Below the pieces are notes generated by a model that worked only from the letters and a program-made list of their open reading frames with translations, was not told the origin of the DNA and did no database searches. The position numbers and the translations under genes were made by a program. Shown here in pieces: positions 28,064 through 37,805 of a DNA stretch of 64,000 nt (position 1 is the first letter of the stretch; each line of letters begins with the position of its first letter). Source of the DNA: a virus (Duplodnaviria > Heunggongvirae > Uroviricota > Caudoviricetes); IMG/VR virus record IMGVR_UViG_2574180019_000006; one strand, written 5' to 3'.

Positions 28064-29164
28064 TCACACTGCGCGGAATGCGATTTCGCCAGGTATTACT
28101 TCACCTTGCCAATACATTTGGGCAGCAACGCGATCTGCGAGGTCACGATAAATAGCTGTAAATTCGCTATCTGGACGACTAATAACGGTTGGTGTTCCGT
28201 TATCCAGATCTTCACGAAGAGAGATATGAAGTGGCATTTGGCCTAACAACTGCGTGTTGTATTTCTCGGCCAGTTTCTGTGCGCCACCGGTGCCAAAAAT
28301 TGGCTCGTGATGACCGCAGTTACTGCAAATATGCACACTCATGTTTTCAACGATACCCAGTACCGGCACTTCGACTTTTTCGAACATCACAATGCCTTTC
28401 TTCGCATCGATCAGCGCGATGTCTTGCGGCGTAGTTACCACAACCGCACCAGTTACAGGAATGTTCTGCGCCAGCGTCAACTGAATATCACCAGTGCCCG
28501 GCGGCATATCGAGAACAAGATAGTCCAGATCAGGCCACAATGTTTCCTGCAACATCTGCATTAACGCCTTGCTCGCCATCGGTCCACGCCACACCATTGC
28601 ATTGTCGTCGGTGACCAGATAACCAATAGAGTTGGTTGCCAGGCCATGAGACATGATAGGTGCCATGTGAGTACCGTCAGGTGAGGTTGGACGTTGGTTT
28701 TCCGCGCCCAGCATGGTTGGAATTGATGGACCATAGATATCGGCATCCAAAATACCAACTTTCGCACCTTCAGCAGCCAACGCCAGTGCCAGGTTTACCG
28801 CCGTGGAGGATTTACCCACGCCGCCCTTGCCTGAGCTGACGGCGATAATGTTCTTAACGCCATTAATGCCTGGTTGGTTTTTGACACGCTTAAGCGTGGC
28901 AATGTTGTACGACAGCTTCCAGTCAATAGCCTTTGCGCCAGTGATACGGAGCAGATCACCACTACATTGCTCTTTCAGGTCTTCAAAAGGCTTATTCCAC
29001 ACGAAAGGCATGATTAGTTCGACATGCAGTGTGTCATCCATCAACGCAACATGGTGTAACGCTTTAAGCGTAGTCAGGTTGTGTTTCAGGGTTGGGTGCT
29101 GAAAATTAGCCAGCGTACCGGCTACCATTGCTCTCAGGGCATCCGGCGATTTGGACTCGCTCAT
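28064..29164 (-). CDS. mrp: Mrp/ApbC Fe-S cluster carrier ATPase (ParA/MinD-family)
   Basis: 366 aa; deviant Walker A SGKGGVGKSST, CxxC (CSNCG); near-identical by recall to enterobacterial Mrp/ApbC; divergent from metG as in the E. coli chromosome. Confidence 0.9.
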   Translation of the reverse strand: MSESKSPDALRAMVAGTLANFQHPTLKHNLTTLKALHHVALMDDTLHVELIMPFVWNKPFEDLKEQCSGDLLRITGAKAIDWKLSYNIATLKRVKNQPGINGVKNIIAVSSGKGGVGKSSTAVNLALALAAEGAKVGILDADIYGPSIPTMLGAENQRPTSPDGTHMAPIMSHGLATNSIGYLVTDDNAMVWRGPMASKALMQMLQETLWPDLDYLVLDMPPGTGDIQLTLAQNIPVTGAVVVTTPQDIALIDAKKGIVMFEKVEVPVLGIVENMSVHICSNCGHHEPIFGTGGAQKLAEKYNTQLLGQMPLHISLREDLDNGTPTVISRPDSEFTAIYRDLADRVAAQMYWQGEVIPGEIAFRAV

Positions 29165-29321
29165 CCCGTCTCCTTTATTTTAATTTGCGCAATTGTCGCC
29201 TTGTAGTGTACTCCAGCTACGACATTTAATCATTTATGAGAAATGCTGTTATCACATGGCAGACATAAGGCCATTTTGTTACTATCAAGCCCCTTTTCAC
29301 TACAAAGAAGTAATGCCTACT

Positions 29322-31355
29322 ATGACCCAAGTCGCGAAGAAAATTCTGGTGACGTGCGCGCTGCCGTACGCTAACGGCTCAATCCACCTCGGCCATATGC
29401 TGGAGCACATCCAGGCTGATGTCTGGGTTCGTTACCAGCGAATGCGCGGCCACGAGGTTAATTTCATCTGTGCCGACGATGCCCACGGTACGCCAATCAT
29501 GCTGAAAGCACAGCAGCTTGGTATCACACCGGAACAGATGATTGGCGAAATGAGTCAGGAACATCAGACTGATTTCGCAGGCTTTAACATCAGCTATGAC
29601 AACTATCACTCTACGCACAGCGAAGAGAACCGTCAGTTGTCCGAGCTTATCTATACTCGCCTGAAAGAGAACGGTTTTATTAAAAACCGCACCATCTCTC
29701 AGCTGTACGACCCGGAAAAAGGCATGTTCCTGCCGGACCGTTTTGTAAAAGGCACATGCCCGAAATGTAAAGCGCCGGATCAATACGGCGATAACTGTGA
29801 AGTCTGCGGCGCGACATACAGCCCGACGGAACTGATCGAGCCGAAATCAGTGGTTTCTGGCGCTACCCCGGTAATGCGTGATTCCGAACACTTCTTCTTT
29901 GATCTGCCCTCTTTCAGCGAAATGTTGCAGGCATGGACCCGCAGCGGTGCGTTGCAGGAGCAGGTGGCAAACAAAATGCAGGAGTGGTTTGAATCTGGCC
30001 TGCAACAGTGGGATATCTCCCGTGACGCACCTTACTTCGGTTTTGAAATTCCGAACGCACCGGGCAAATACTTCTACGTCTGGCTGGACGCGCCGATTGG
30101 CTACATGGGTTCCTTCAAGAATCTGTGCGACAAACGCGGCGATACCACCAGCTTCGATGAATACTGGAAGAAAGACTCCACCGCCGAGCTGTACCACTTC
30201 ATCGGTAAAGATATTGTTTACTTCCACAGCCTGTTCTGGCCTGCCATGCTGGAAGGCAGCAACTTCCGCAAGCCGACCAACCTGTTTGTTCACGGCTATG
30301 TGACGGTGAACGGCGCGAAGATGTCCAAGTCTCGCGGCACCTTTATTAAAGCCAGCACCTGGCTGAATCATTTTGACGCCGACAGCCTGCGTTACTACTA
30401 CGCTGCGAAACTCTCTTCGCGCATTGATGATATCGATCTCAATCTGGAAGATTTCGTTCAGCGTGTGAATGCCGATATCGTTAACAAAGTGGTTAACCTG
30501 GCCTCCCGTAATGCAGGCTTTATCAACAAGCGTTTTGACGGCGTGCTGGCAAGCGAACTGGCTGACCCGCAACTGTACAAAACCTTTACTGATGCCGCTG
30601 AAGTGATTGGCGAAGCATGGGAAAGCCGCGAATTTGGTAAAGCTATCCGTGAAATCATGGCATTGGCTGACCTGGCTAACCGCTATGTCGATGAACAGGC
30701 TCCGTGGGTGGTGGCGAAGCAGGAAGGACGCGATGCCGATCTGCAGGCGATTTGCTCTATGGGCATTAACCTGTTCCGCGTGCTGATGACGTACCTGAAG
30801 CCGGTACTGCCGAAACTGACTGAACGTGCAGAAACATTCCTGAATACAGAACTGACCTGGGATGGTATCCAGCAACCGCTGCTGGGCCATAAAGTGAATC
30901 CGTTCAAGGCACTGTATAACCGTATCGATATGAAGCAGGTTGAAGCACTGGTGGAAGCATCTAAAGAAGAAGTGAAAGCAGCTGCCACGCCAGTAACTGG
31001 CCCGCTGGCAGATGATCCGATTCAGGAAACCATCACCTTTGATGACTTCGCCAAAGTTGACCTGCGCGTGGCGCTGATTGAAAACGCAGAGTTTGTAGAA
31101 GGTTCTGACAAACTGCTTCGCCTGACGCTGGATCTCGGTGGTGAAAAGCGTAATGTCTTCTCAGGCATCCGTTCCGCTTATCCAGATCCACAGGCACTGA
31201 TTGGTCGTCACACCATTATGGTGGCTAACCTGGCACCACGTAAAATGCGCTTCGGTATCTCTGAAGGCATGGTGATGGCTGCTGGCCCTGGCGGGAAAGA
31301 TATCTTCCTGTTAAGCCCGGATGTCGGTGCTAAACCTGGCCACCAGGTTAAGTAA
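29322..31355 (+). CDS. metG: Methionyl-tRNA synthetase
   Basis: Starts [30 protein letters not shown] (HIGH motif), KMSKS present, C-terminal tRNA-binding domain; essentially colinear with E. coli MetG as recalled; ORF-track start 29193 is an upstream in-frame extension. Confidence 0.95.
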   Translation: MTQVAKKILVTCALPYANGSIHLGHMLEHIQADVWVRYQRMRGHEVNFICADDAHGTPIMLKAQQLGITPEQMIGEMSQEHQTDFAGFNISYDNYHSTHSEENRQLSELIYTRLKENGFIKNRTISQLYDPEKGMFLPDRFVKGTCPKCKAPDQYGDNCEVCGATYSPTELIEPKSVVSGATPVMRDSEHFFFDLPSFSEMLQAWTRSGALQEQVANKMQEWFESGLQQWDISRDAPYFGFEIPNAPGKYFYVWLDAPIGYMGSFKNLCDKRGDTTSFDEYWKKDSTAELYHFIGKDIVYFHSLFWPAMLEGSNFRKPTNLFVHGYVTVNGAKMSKSRGTFIKASTWLNHFDADSLRYYYAAKLSSRIDDIDLNLEDFVQRVNADIVNKVVNLASRNAGFINKRFDGVLASELADPQLYKTFTDAAEVIGEAWESREFGKAIREIMALADLANRYVDEQAPWVVAKQEGRDADLQAICSMGINLFRVLMTYLKPVLPKLTERAETFLNTELTWDGIQQPLLGHKVNPFKALYNRIDMKQVEALVEASKEEVKAAATPVTGPLADDPIQETITFDDFAKVDLRVALIENAEFVEGSDKLLRLTLDLGGEKRNVFSGIRSAYPDPQALIGRHTIMVANLAPRKMRFGISEGMVMAAGPGGKDIFLLSPDVGAKPGHQVK

Positions 31356-31376
31356 TTAAGCAACCATTCTTCACAA

Positions 31377-31405
31377 TGCCCAGCAATACGCTGGGCATTT
31401 TCATA
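31377..31405 (+). terminator. Rho-independent terminator of metG
   Basis: atgcccagcaatacgctgggcat hairpin followed by tttcat. Confidence 0.5.
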
Positions 31406-31436
31406 TAGACACAACCCCTTCTGACTTTAACAAACC

Positions 31437-31504
31437 CTAAAACAATTTGTTTTCTACCTTTTGTTGATTGAGATAATAAGCCACATAAGAAAACAAATTG
31501 TTTC
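31437..31504. promoter_or_regulatory. Two tandem AAACAA-N-TTGTTT palindromes immediately right of metG
   Basis: taaaacaatttgttttc (31437-31454) and gaaaacaaattgtttc (31489-31504); first phage-type motif after host block. Confidence 0.4.
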
Positions 31505-31516
31505 GGAGTGGTTGAA

Positions 31517-31816
31517 ATGTTGAACATTACCCAAGCCTACCAGGTGGCATTGATCAGTTCATCTCATACATCAGAGGAAGATGCTCGCCGATTCATGATC
31601 GCAAGCAATGAGCTGGATTGGGTTTCACAAATTGACGGCGGTTGTATTGTCCACGCCGGGTTACAGGATGATGTCTGGAAAGAGGACTTGCGTCGATATG
31701 GTATATCCGAAGGCGCAATTGCTAACATTCAGAAAGTACTTGATGTAGGCTTTGACTGTGTACATTTTGATTGTGGTGCGCCGATCGTTGAAGGGCTTGA
31801 GTGCTGGTGTTGGTAG
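31517..31816 (+). CDS. hypothetical protein (~100 aa)
   Basis: ATG 31517 preceded by ggag; ORF track begins at GTG 31508. Confidence 0.4.
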   Translation: MLNITQAYQVALISSSHTSEEDARRFMIASNELDWVSQIDGGCIVHAGLQDDVWKEDLRRYGISEGAIANIQKVLDVGFDCVHFDCGAPIVEGLECWCW

Positions 31817-31947
31817 AGTGTATAAGCGGATCAATGAGTTACGGAAACAGTTAATAATGAGGAGCTTGTAATAAGCTGTATACCCTAGAAAAGCTAGACT
31901 AGGGAATAAAATGACGTGAAACTGGGCGGGACAGTAAATAATTCCGA

Positions 31948-33177
31948 ATGATAATTGAACAAATAACCCCTTGCTCGGAGCTTGGAATGACTGATACCGC
32001 TTTTTCAAAATCGTTACAAAAAGAAGTCGATCCTGAGCAGTACTTGGCGCTAAAGAATTTAGATGACAGCTCGGTTCATGCTATTGCCCGTGACGATATC
32101 ATCTGCCCCATTTGCAAAGTTGGAGGTGGTTCGTTCGTTAGAGCCACTAGGAATGGTGGCTATCACAAGAAGGCGCATTTCAGATTTACCGGTGAAGATG
32201 GTCAAGGCCATCATCCATCATGTGATTTCTATGGAGATAGATTAACATCTGAGGTGAAGCAGCACCTTGTCTCATTCACAAAAGATCGAACAAAGTATTC
32301 GCAGGTAATACGAAAGCTGGTCTGTGCCGGCATACAGGAAGGGATATTTACTCAAGAAAAAATGTGGCAGATGAGGGAATGGTTCTTCAATAAGCGAAAG
32401 GATTCCACATTTGAAATATGGTTAGAAAGCGAGCATTTAGACTGGCTTTATTATATTAGTGGGTTACGTGATGCATATCTAGCATGGACAACTCCTGATA
32501 TTCTACCTTTCGCGCCCATTCAGGTTACTGTCCCTGGTTTTTCTTGGAGGCGTGCGATTGACAAAGAGGTGCTAAGAGTTCACATCAAGACTCTCCAGCA
32601 ATTGCGTGAAATTTCAGTCTCACATAGTGACATTGCTGTAATCTTAGAACACATAAACAATAATCGTGACCGCACAATTCTCGATCCATCGCATTTGGAG
32701 GACGAGATAAGTAAGACCTATAAGCTTACTAGTTTTGTGATGGGCAATTACATTGAGTTTCAGACAAAAACGGTTAGCGACAGAGCATACGGGGAAGCTA
32801 AGTTTCTGGCATTTGCAGCACTTTTGTTGTTCGTGTCAGATTGGGACCTCAACATTGCTATTGGTAAGTTTTCTAAGATTGCCAGAGTGAAGGAGGTTGA
32901 TGACATGCTGGCTGGTAATTTCATTGGTCTTAATCCTTACTTCCGATACGACCTGGCTAATGCAGTGAAGAGATTGCAGGATAACTGGCCGATTGAATAC
33001 CAAGAGTTGGAGCATTGGAATGTTGAGAAATCCATGCGTGACGCATATGAAAAGTGGCGTGCGACAGAGCCTGAATTCGCTCCACCCCTATTGCCAGACT
33101 TGTATATTGCCAAACATGAGAAAGAAGTCGCACAAGACGAGCAAGTCAGGCAGTGGATTAAGAACGGGGATGTTTGA
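31948..33177 (+). CDS. hypothetical protein with N-terminal Cys/His zinc-ribbon-like motif (alternative start 31987)
   Basis: 409-aa ORF; CPICK...HHPSCDF cluster; AT-rich upstream region without the phage-type leader; ggag RBS before ATG 31987. Confidence 0.5.
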   Translation: MIIEQITPCSELGMTDTAFSKSLQKEVDPEQYLALKNLDDSSVHAIARDDIICPICKVGGGSFVRATRNGGYHKKAHFRFTGEDGQGHHPSCDFYGDRLTSEVKQHLVSFTKDRTKYSQVIRKLVCAGIQEGIFTQEKMWQMREWFFNKRKDSTFEIWLESEHLDWLYYISGLRDAYLAWTTPDILPFAPIQVTVPGFSWRRAIDKEVLRVHIKTLQQLREISVSHSDIAVILEHINNNRDRTILDPSHLEDEISKTYKLTSFVMGNYIEFQTKTVSDRAYGEAKFLAFAALLLFVSDWDLNIAIGKFSKIARVKEVDDMLAGNFIGLNPYFRYDLANAVKRLQDNWPIEYQELEHWNVEKSMRDAYEKWRATEPEFAPPLLPDLYIAKHEKEVAQDEQVRQWIKNGDV

Positions 33178-33299
33178 GTGTAATTAGCTTAATCAATCAG
33201 TTGATAATGGCGGTCACAATTTGATTCTTTTCTATAAGAATCCGTTGATCGCCACTACTCCCCTTCCATAGCTGCAATCATACCCTTAAATATCAATAG

Positions 33300-34100
33300 G
33301 TTATGGTTGTTTATACAAATAAGAAAACAACTAAATAACAGATCAACGAAACGTCAACGCTTTCACCCGATTTGGTCTAAAAAATTGACGTTTTCACACA
33401 TCACTTCTTATACCCGTAACTCTACGCAGCAGACAGCGCCACAGCGTCCAATTTTCACCACAGACGACCCAACACACTACCAACAAAAACACACGCTCAA
33501 AATCGCTCCCGTTGCGTTACACAACCATATAAACAACTTATTTTCAGGCATAACAAAACAACTAAATAACACACATGCCATTCCCAAAAACAACCAACCT
33601 CTTTATGGCAGGCTACCGAAAAGACCCACCTCTTCTCCCCAGGCTACCGGACAACCAACCTAACTTTCACAGGCAATCCGAAAACATTCATACGCGCAAT
33701 ACCCACGACACGCCATTCCCCAAACAGCGAAGAAACACCAGAATCACTGAAACCCCAACGAAGCCTGTAACCGCAAGGATTCTCTCAATCCCAAAAGACA
33801 CGAAACATAACAATCACGGGAAATACCATTACCCAATACACGAATAACTACAAAAGCCTTTCACACACTCCAGACAAACAACTCAAACACAATAACGAAA
33901 GGAATCGCCCACCTGCCATTACTCCATACACGGAGAAGAACAATCACCAAAACGACGAGAACACCCCATAGAAGAACCACCGCAAAACGAACGAAACCAC
34001 ATACACCGACAGAGAGAACAACACACCCAATTCACCAACAGAAATAGTCGCCGTATAGAACGTTCTGGAAGGAGTGAGCATTAACGCCTATAGAGAGGTT
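33300..34100. other. ORF-free, strongly strand-asymmetric (A+C-rich, G-poor on plus strand) region with internal short repeats
   Basis: No ORF >=60 aa on minus strand; plus-strand ORFs are low-complexity; repeated aaaacaactaaataaca units; composition visibly skewed. Confidence 0.5.
33590..33670. repeat. ~80-bp repeat R, copy 1 (caaccaacctc...caggctaccg...cccacct...ggctaccgg...aactttc)
   Basis: ~75% identical by eye to copy at 37115-37200. Confidence 0.45.
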
Positions 34101-34246
34101 GAGACAGATAAAAACAACATGTATAGCGAAGAAGCCAGGTATGTATAAGTGGGGAGGGAAGGAGGGGTGTCGCCTCCTTTTTCGTATTTATTCAACTCCT
34201 GATTTTATCCCCCCGTAACACCCCTACGGTCAGCCTTCGGTCCATA

Positions 34247-34385
34247 CAGGGAAAAGGTTGCATCCCGCTACAGAAACGGCTGGGTTGCCTTCGGGGAACG
34301 GCTGGGGATTTTCAGGGAAACGGTCGAGTTGCCTGTGTGGATTTCGGGAAAAGGCTCGATGCCGGTTCAGGAACGGCGGCGTACC
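34247..34385. repeat. Iteron-like tandem array 1: six degenerate ~22-bp units with core (C)AGGGAAA(A/C)GG(C/T)TG
   Basis: cagggaaaaggttgcat / cagaaacggctgggttgc / ggggaacggctgggg / cagggaaacggtcgag / cgggaaaaggctcgatg / caggaacggcggcg in direct orientation. Confidence 0.55.
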
Positions 34386-34710
34386 GGTATAGCGAGAGGG
34401 AGAGTTGCGGCTACCCACCTGTAATGTGCGGGAAGAAGAGAGGCGCTCACGTAGGCGGACTTGCTTACCGCTGGATTCCCTCTGAATGCCCAGCTACAGC
34501 GTAATTGTGCCAGACAGCCAACGGGGCACAATCGATTTCAGTAGGTTTTTGGGGAGAGGATTACTCTGCCACCAGCCACTTTCGGCCACTAAATCAGAAT
34601 AATGTAAAAAGTGTACTCGGTACTGAACCTGAAAACTCACTGCCAAAACCACATTCACCGGAATAAAATCCTTTTTCGCCTGTGCGTTATTGCGATAATA
34701 ACACCAACAA

Positions 34711-34727
34711 GTAAACAACATGTTTAG
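34711..34727. promoter_or_regulatory. Palindrome gtaaacaacatgtttag
   Basis: AAACAA-N-TTGTTT family upstream of ORF 34758. Confidence 0.4.
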
Positions 34728-34757
34728 ACGTTATATAAACGAAGTGAGGATGAAGAG

Positions 34758-34976
34758 ATGATTAAGATGCCTGTGACGGTTGAGGTGTGGGGCGTGGATT
34801 CCCTGGCTGAGTGTCTGGATGCAGTGGGGCCGGAGTTGTACCGCAAGTTGTGGTCGTTCGTCCCGGCAGAAGGGGAATCGCCCAAAGGGAAGGATATCTG
34901 GCACCTGCTGAGTGAAGATGAAAAGCGGGAGCTGGTGGACGCGGTACACAGCGAGTTCCCGGGCGACGAAGATTAA
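34758..34976 (+). CDS. hypothetical small protein (72 aa)
   Basis: RBS gaggatgaagag; preceded by conserved palindrome. Confidence 0.4.
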   Translation: MIKMPVTVEVWGVDSLAECLDAVGPELYRKLWSFVPAEGESPKGKDIWHLLSEDEKRELVDAVHSEFPGDED

Positions 34977-35114
34977 GAGTGAGGCCACCAGCACGGTGGC
35001 TTTTGTCGCTATTAACCTCCGGGCAGCGCAGCACCGTAACGATATACTTTGTGGCCGTTTTCTTACTGGTATTATTTACGCAATTCAGAAAACAACATGT
35101 TTAAGGATTGCGTT

Positions 35115-35444
35115 ATGTTTGCAAATATCGACATCAACCAAATCAAGAAAATGACTCAAAAAGAGTTTGACCAGTTTTATGAGTTAGAAGGTTGGTCTTC
35201 CACGCTGATCAATTCGCGCTGGGTGCTTGAGCTGATGACTCGTGATGATGCTCCTGCTTTGATTATTTGCGACCTGGGTGAAGATGCTGACTTTATGGAT
35301 ATGAGCGAATTTTGTGTGGACACATACAACCGCAGCCAGAAGTACTACTTCACATGCGATAGCGAGAATGACGTTATTTCTAAGGTCTATCTTCACCTCG
35401 TCCAGCATTGGGACGTTCAGGAGTTTCTTGAAGTATTCGAGTAA
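35115..35444 (+). CDS. hypothetical protein (~109 aa)
   Basis: ATG 35115 with RBS aagga 7 nt upstream; ORF track starts at TTG 35049; upstream promoter-like ttgtgg-N-tatttacgc and palindrome 35088-35105. Confidence 0.4.
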   Translation: MFANIDINQIKKMTQKEFDQFYELEGWSSTLINSRWVLELMTRDDAPALIICDLGEDADFMDMSEFCVDTYNRSQKYYFTCDSENDVISKVYLHLVQHWDVQEFLEVFE

Positions 35445-35597
35445 CCCCAACCAAAGCCAGCATTGCTGGCTTAATTTCTCTATAGCCGCAGGGAAGAACC
35501 TGCATATCGCTCATGCGCCTGATCAATATGCTTTGTAGCCGTTTTCTTACTGGTATTATTTACGCCATTGAGAAAACAAGTTGTTTACGGAGTTGTA

Positions 35598-35909
35598 ATG
35601 AAAAAATCATTGGTTCTTGGTCTGGACAAAGACCAGAAGAGAAAAGAGAAGCCTGCGCTGGTTGCTCAATTAACTTTGCTGGACATCGTTGCCAATGGAA
35701 CCTCTATTCGTCTGTTCCGTGAAACAGCGGTGTCTTTCGATAAAAACACCTTTACTCGTTATGTAATGAATGTTCGTCGCCAGCGTGGAAAAGGCTGGGT
35801 GGCATTTCAAAGAATGTGGCCGGAACATCAGCTCGAACTGGCTTTGATGGAAGTTAACCGCGTGGCCCAGCAAGAGATTCAGAGAGCATCAGTGATGGCA
35901 ATAGCCTGA
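35598..35909 (+). CDS. hypothetical protein (~103 aa)
   Basis: ATG 35598 with RBS acggag; ORF track starts at TTG 35568; upstream ~45-bp block duplicated from 35051-35090 plus palindrome 35572-35588. Confidence 0.45.
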   Translation: MKKSLVLGLDKDQKRKEKPALVAQLTLLDIVANGTSIRLFRETAVSFDKNTFTRYVMNVRRQRGKGWVAFQRMWPEHQLELALMEVNRVAQQEIQRASVMAIA

Positions 35910-35943
35910 TAATGTGCAAGTGGCAATTAGTCGACAGTACGAC

Positions 35944-35973
35944 AGCCCCGCCATCCTTACGGGGCTTTTTTGT
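35944..35973 (+). terminator. Rho-independent terminator
   Basis: agccccgccatccttacggggct hairpin followed by tttttgt. Confidence 0.6.
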
Positions 35974-35976
35974 ATT

Positions 35977-35992
35977 GTAAGTATATACTTAC
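35977..35992. promoter_or_regulatory. Perfect palindrome gtaagtatatacttac
   Basis: Recurrent palindromic element family; identical 16-mer at 56623-56638. Confidence 0.4.
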
Positions 35993-36035
35993 GATCATAG
36001 AATATAAAAATAACCAAAACACTACGGAGAGTGAA

Positions 36036-36431
36036 ATGACCGTTAAACGCGAAAAACTGACAGTTGATGTTTACTATGCCTCTGAAACCGCCGAAGGTAA
36101 GAATGTGGCAAAAATTACCGTTGTTACGTACAACACCGAAACTGGTGCCGAAGTCCAGGCCAGTACGATCGTTCGTAAAGGTGATGCCTCCGGCGGCGAG
36201 TACGCGACTCAATACCAGTCCATTCTCGATGCAACTGACCCGCTGCTGCTGAAAATCGAGAACTACTTCCGCCAGGTTGATGAAGAGGTGTTTGAAACCA
36301 TGATGAATATGGTTAACACCGTATTCGCCTCCAGCCTGAATACCAACACTACCTGGATTGGTCAGTACGGCCTGCGCATTACCTCTGGCATTCCTGCCGA
36401 CACCTTAATCCCTGAAAGCGTATTCGCTTAA
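36036..36431 (+). CDS. hypothetical protein (~131 aa)
   Basis: ATG 36036 preceded by acggagag; followed by terminator ggcgcgtaaaccgcgcc-tttt. Confidence 0.45.
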   Translation: MTVKREKLTVDVYYASETAEGKNVAKITVVTYNTETGAEVQASTIVRKGDASGGEYATQYQSILDATDPLLLKIENYFRQVDEEVFETMMNMVNTVFASSLNTNTTWIGQYGLRITSGIPADTLIPESVFA

Positions 36432-36548
36432 TCCTCTTTAAATGGCGCGTAAACCGCGCCATTTTATTAAGCCCGATAACAATTTGTTTTCTGCCTTATC
36501 TGATTTGTGAAAATGATTTCACTGAAGCAACTTAATAAGGAAACCATC

Positions 36549-36923
36549 ATGGGACTTGATATCTATATCGAGACACAGCCTAAAAACGATCTGAATAACG
36601 AGGCATCCAGAAAGCAGGTTGCTTACTTCCGTAAGTTCAATGCGCTCGTTGGGTGGATGGAGCGCAACGTAGGTGAAGTCGAAAATTGTGAGCTTTTAGA
36701 ATTAACGATGAATGACATTTGTTTTCTGAAGGCTCATTTGATGCACATAAACGAAAGTAATTGCGAAGAGTACTTGCCTACCCGGGAAGGTTTTTTCTTC
36801 GGCAGTCAGGAGTACGATGAAGGTTACTGGCATGATGTGGGGCAGTTGAAAGAGCTTGTGGAAGATCTGATTAAGAACCACGACTTTCACAATAACAGAC
36901 TGACCTTCTGCGCCTGGTGGTAA
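36549..36923 (+). CDS. hypothetical protein (~124 aa)
   Basis: ATG 36549 with RBS aaggaaacc; palindrome gataacaatttgttttc at 36475-36491. Confidence 0.45.
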   Translation: MGLDIYIETQPKNDLNNEASRKQVAYFRKFNALVGWMERNVGEVENCELLELTMNDICFLKAHLMHINESNCEEYLPTREGFFFGSQEYDEGYWHDVGQLKELVEDLIKNHDFHNNRLTFCAWW

Positions 36924-36925
36924 AT

Positions 36926-37069
36926 ATGGGCGATTTCAAGAAACGCCTGAAGGAAAGAGCCGAGATGGTCAGAAAGCAAAACGCCTCTTCTGTCATCAGA
37001 TACGCAAGGCAGTTTAGTCGCAACAACAAATCAGTTGAGGAAAAGATCCTTAGCGTAATCGTGCGATAA
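36926..37069 (+). CDS. hypothetical small basic protein (47 aa)
   Basis: Not in ORF track; ATG 3 nt after upstream stop; followed by hairpin aggccatcagcattggtggcct. Confidence 0.3.
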   Translation: MGDFKKRLKERAEMVRKQNASSVIRYARQFSRNNKSVEEKILSVIVR

Positions 37070-37114
37070 TTATTAAGGCCATCAGCATTGGTGGCCTTAA
37101 ATGACCATCTTGTT

Positions 37115-37200
37115 TCCCGCAGGCTAAAAACACCAACCTCTTACCTCCAGGCAACCGACAAACCCACCTGTTCCCGTCCGGCTACCGCAACTTTCCACTT
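37115..37200. repeat. ~80-bp repeat R, copy 2
   Basis: Matches 33590-33670 by eye (caccaacctctt...caggcaaccga...cccacct...ggctaccgc..aactttcc). Confidence 0.45.
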
Positions 37201-37273
37201 TGACGCCTTATTCGTACAACGATAATTAACACCAACAAGAAAACAATTTGTTATTTACGATAAGGAATTAATC

Positions 37274-37756
37274 ATGAATTTTATCGCTACTGTAAACGCA
37301 CCCGCACATGGCAATATCGCTGTAACGTTCTCTGACATTGAAAAACGAGTACTTGGTGCATGGCGCGACAATGAGACGGTAGAACTGTCAGCACAAGAAA
37401 AATGCATTATTGCACGCGACATCATTGGCAATCGTCGTTACTCGCGGGTATTTGAGAAAGCGTATGTGGTAAATTCTGGATTCGGAACGTTCGTCTTTCC
37501 GGTGCGCTCCGGGCGATTCTGCCAGTCCAAGCTGATTGAGTTCGCTACGCAGATTTCTTTCTGGATTAAAACTCAATCGTCGTTCAAATTTTCCGACGAT
37601 GAAGCAGTATCGCAGGGGATGCGGATCGCCAACAATGCAATTAAATGCAAAAACATTACGTATACCGCTGGCGTTGATACATGGAAACTGTTTTGCGCTA
37701 ACTTTATGCTGAATGTATACGCAAGCAACCGCATCCACATCCTTGATGGCGTGTAA
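37274..37756 (+). CDS. hypothetical protein (160 aa)
   Basis: ORF with palindrome gaaaacaatttgttat 20 nt upstream; terminator agagggccagaaacggccctttctc after stop. Confidence 0.45.
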   Translation: MNFIATVNAPAHGNIAVTFSDIEKRVLGAWRDNETVELSAQEKCIIARDIIGNRRYSRVFEKAYVVNSGFGTFVFPVRSGRFCQSKLIEFATQISFWIKTQSSFKFSDDEAVSQGMRIANNAIKCKNITYTAGVDTWKLFCANFMLNVYASNRIHILDGV

Positions 37757-37805
37757 CTGAGAAGAGGGCCAGAAACGGCCCTTTCTCTATAGCCACCAGC
37801 TGCCG

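Noticed and set aside
29847-30890. 347-aa ORF on the minus strand
   Set aside because: Lies entirely antisense within metG, whose identity is very strong. Long antisense ORFs are common in GC-balanced enterobacterial genes.
33307-33847. Plus-strand ORFs of 118 and 90 aa inside the A+C-skewed region
   Set aside because: Translations are low-complexity (T/P/N/Q/H/K-rich), overlap each other in different frames and lack RBS. Treated as non-coding.
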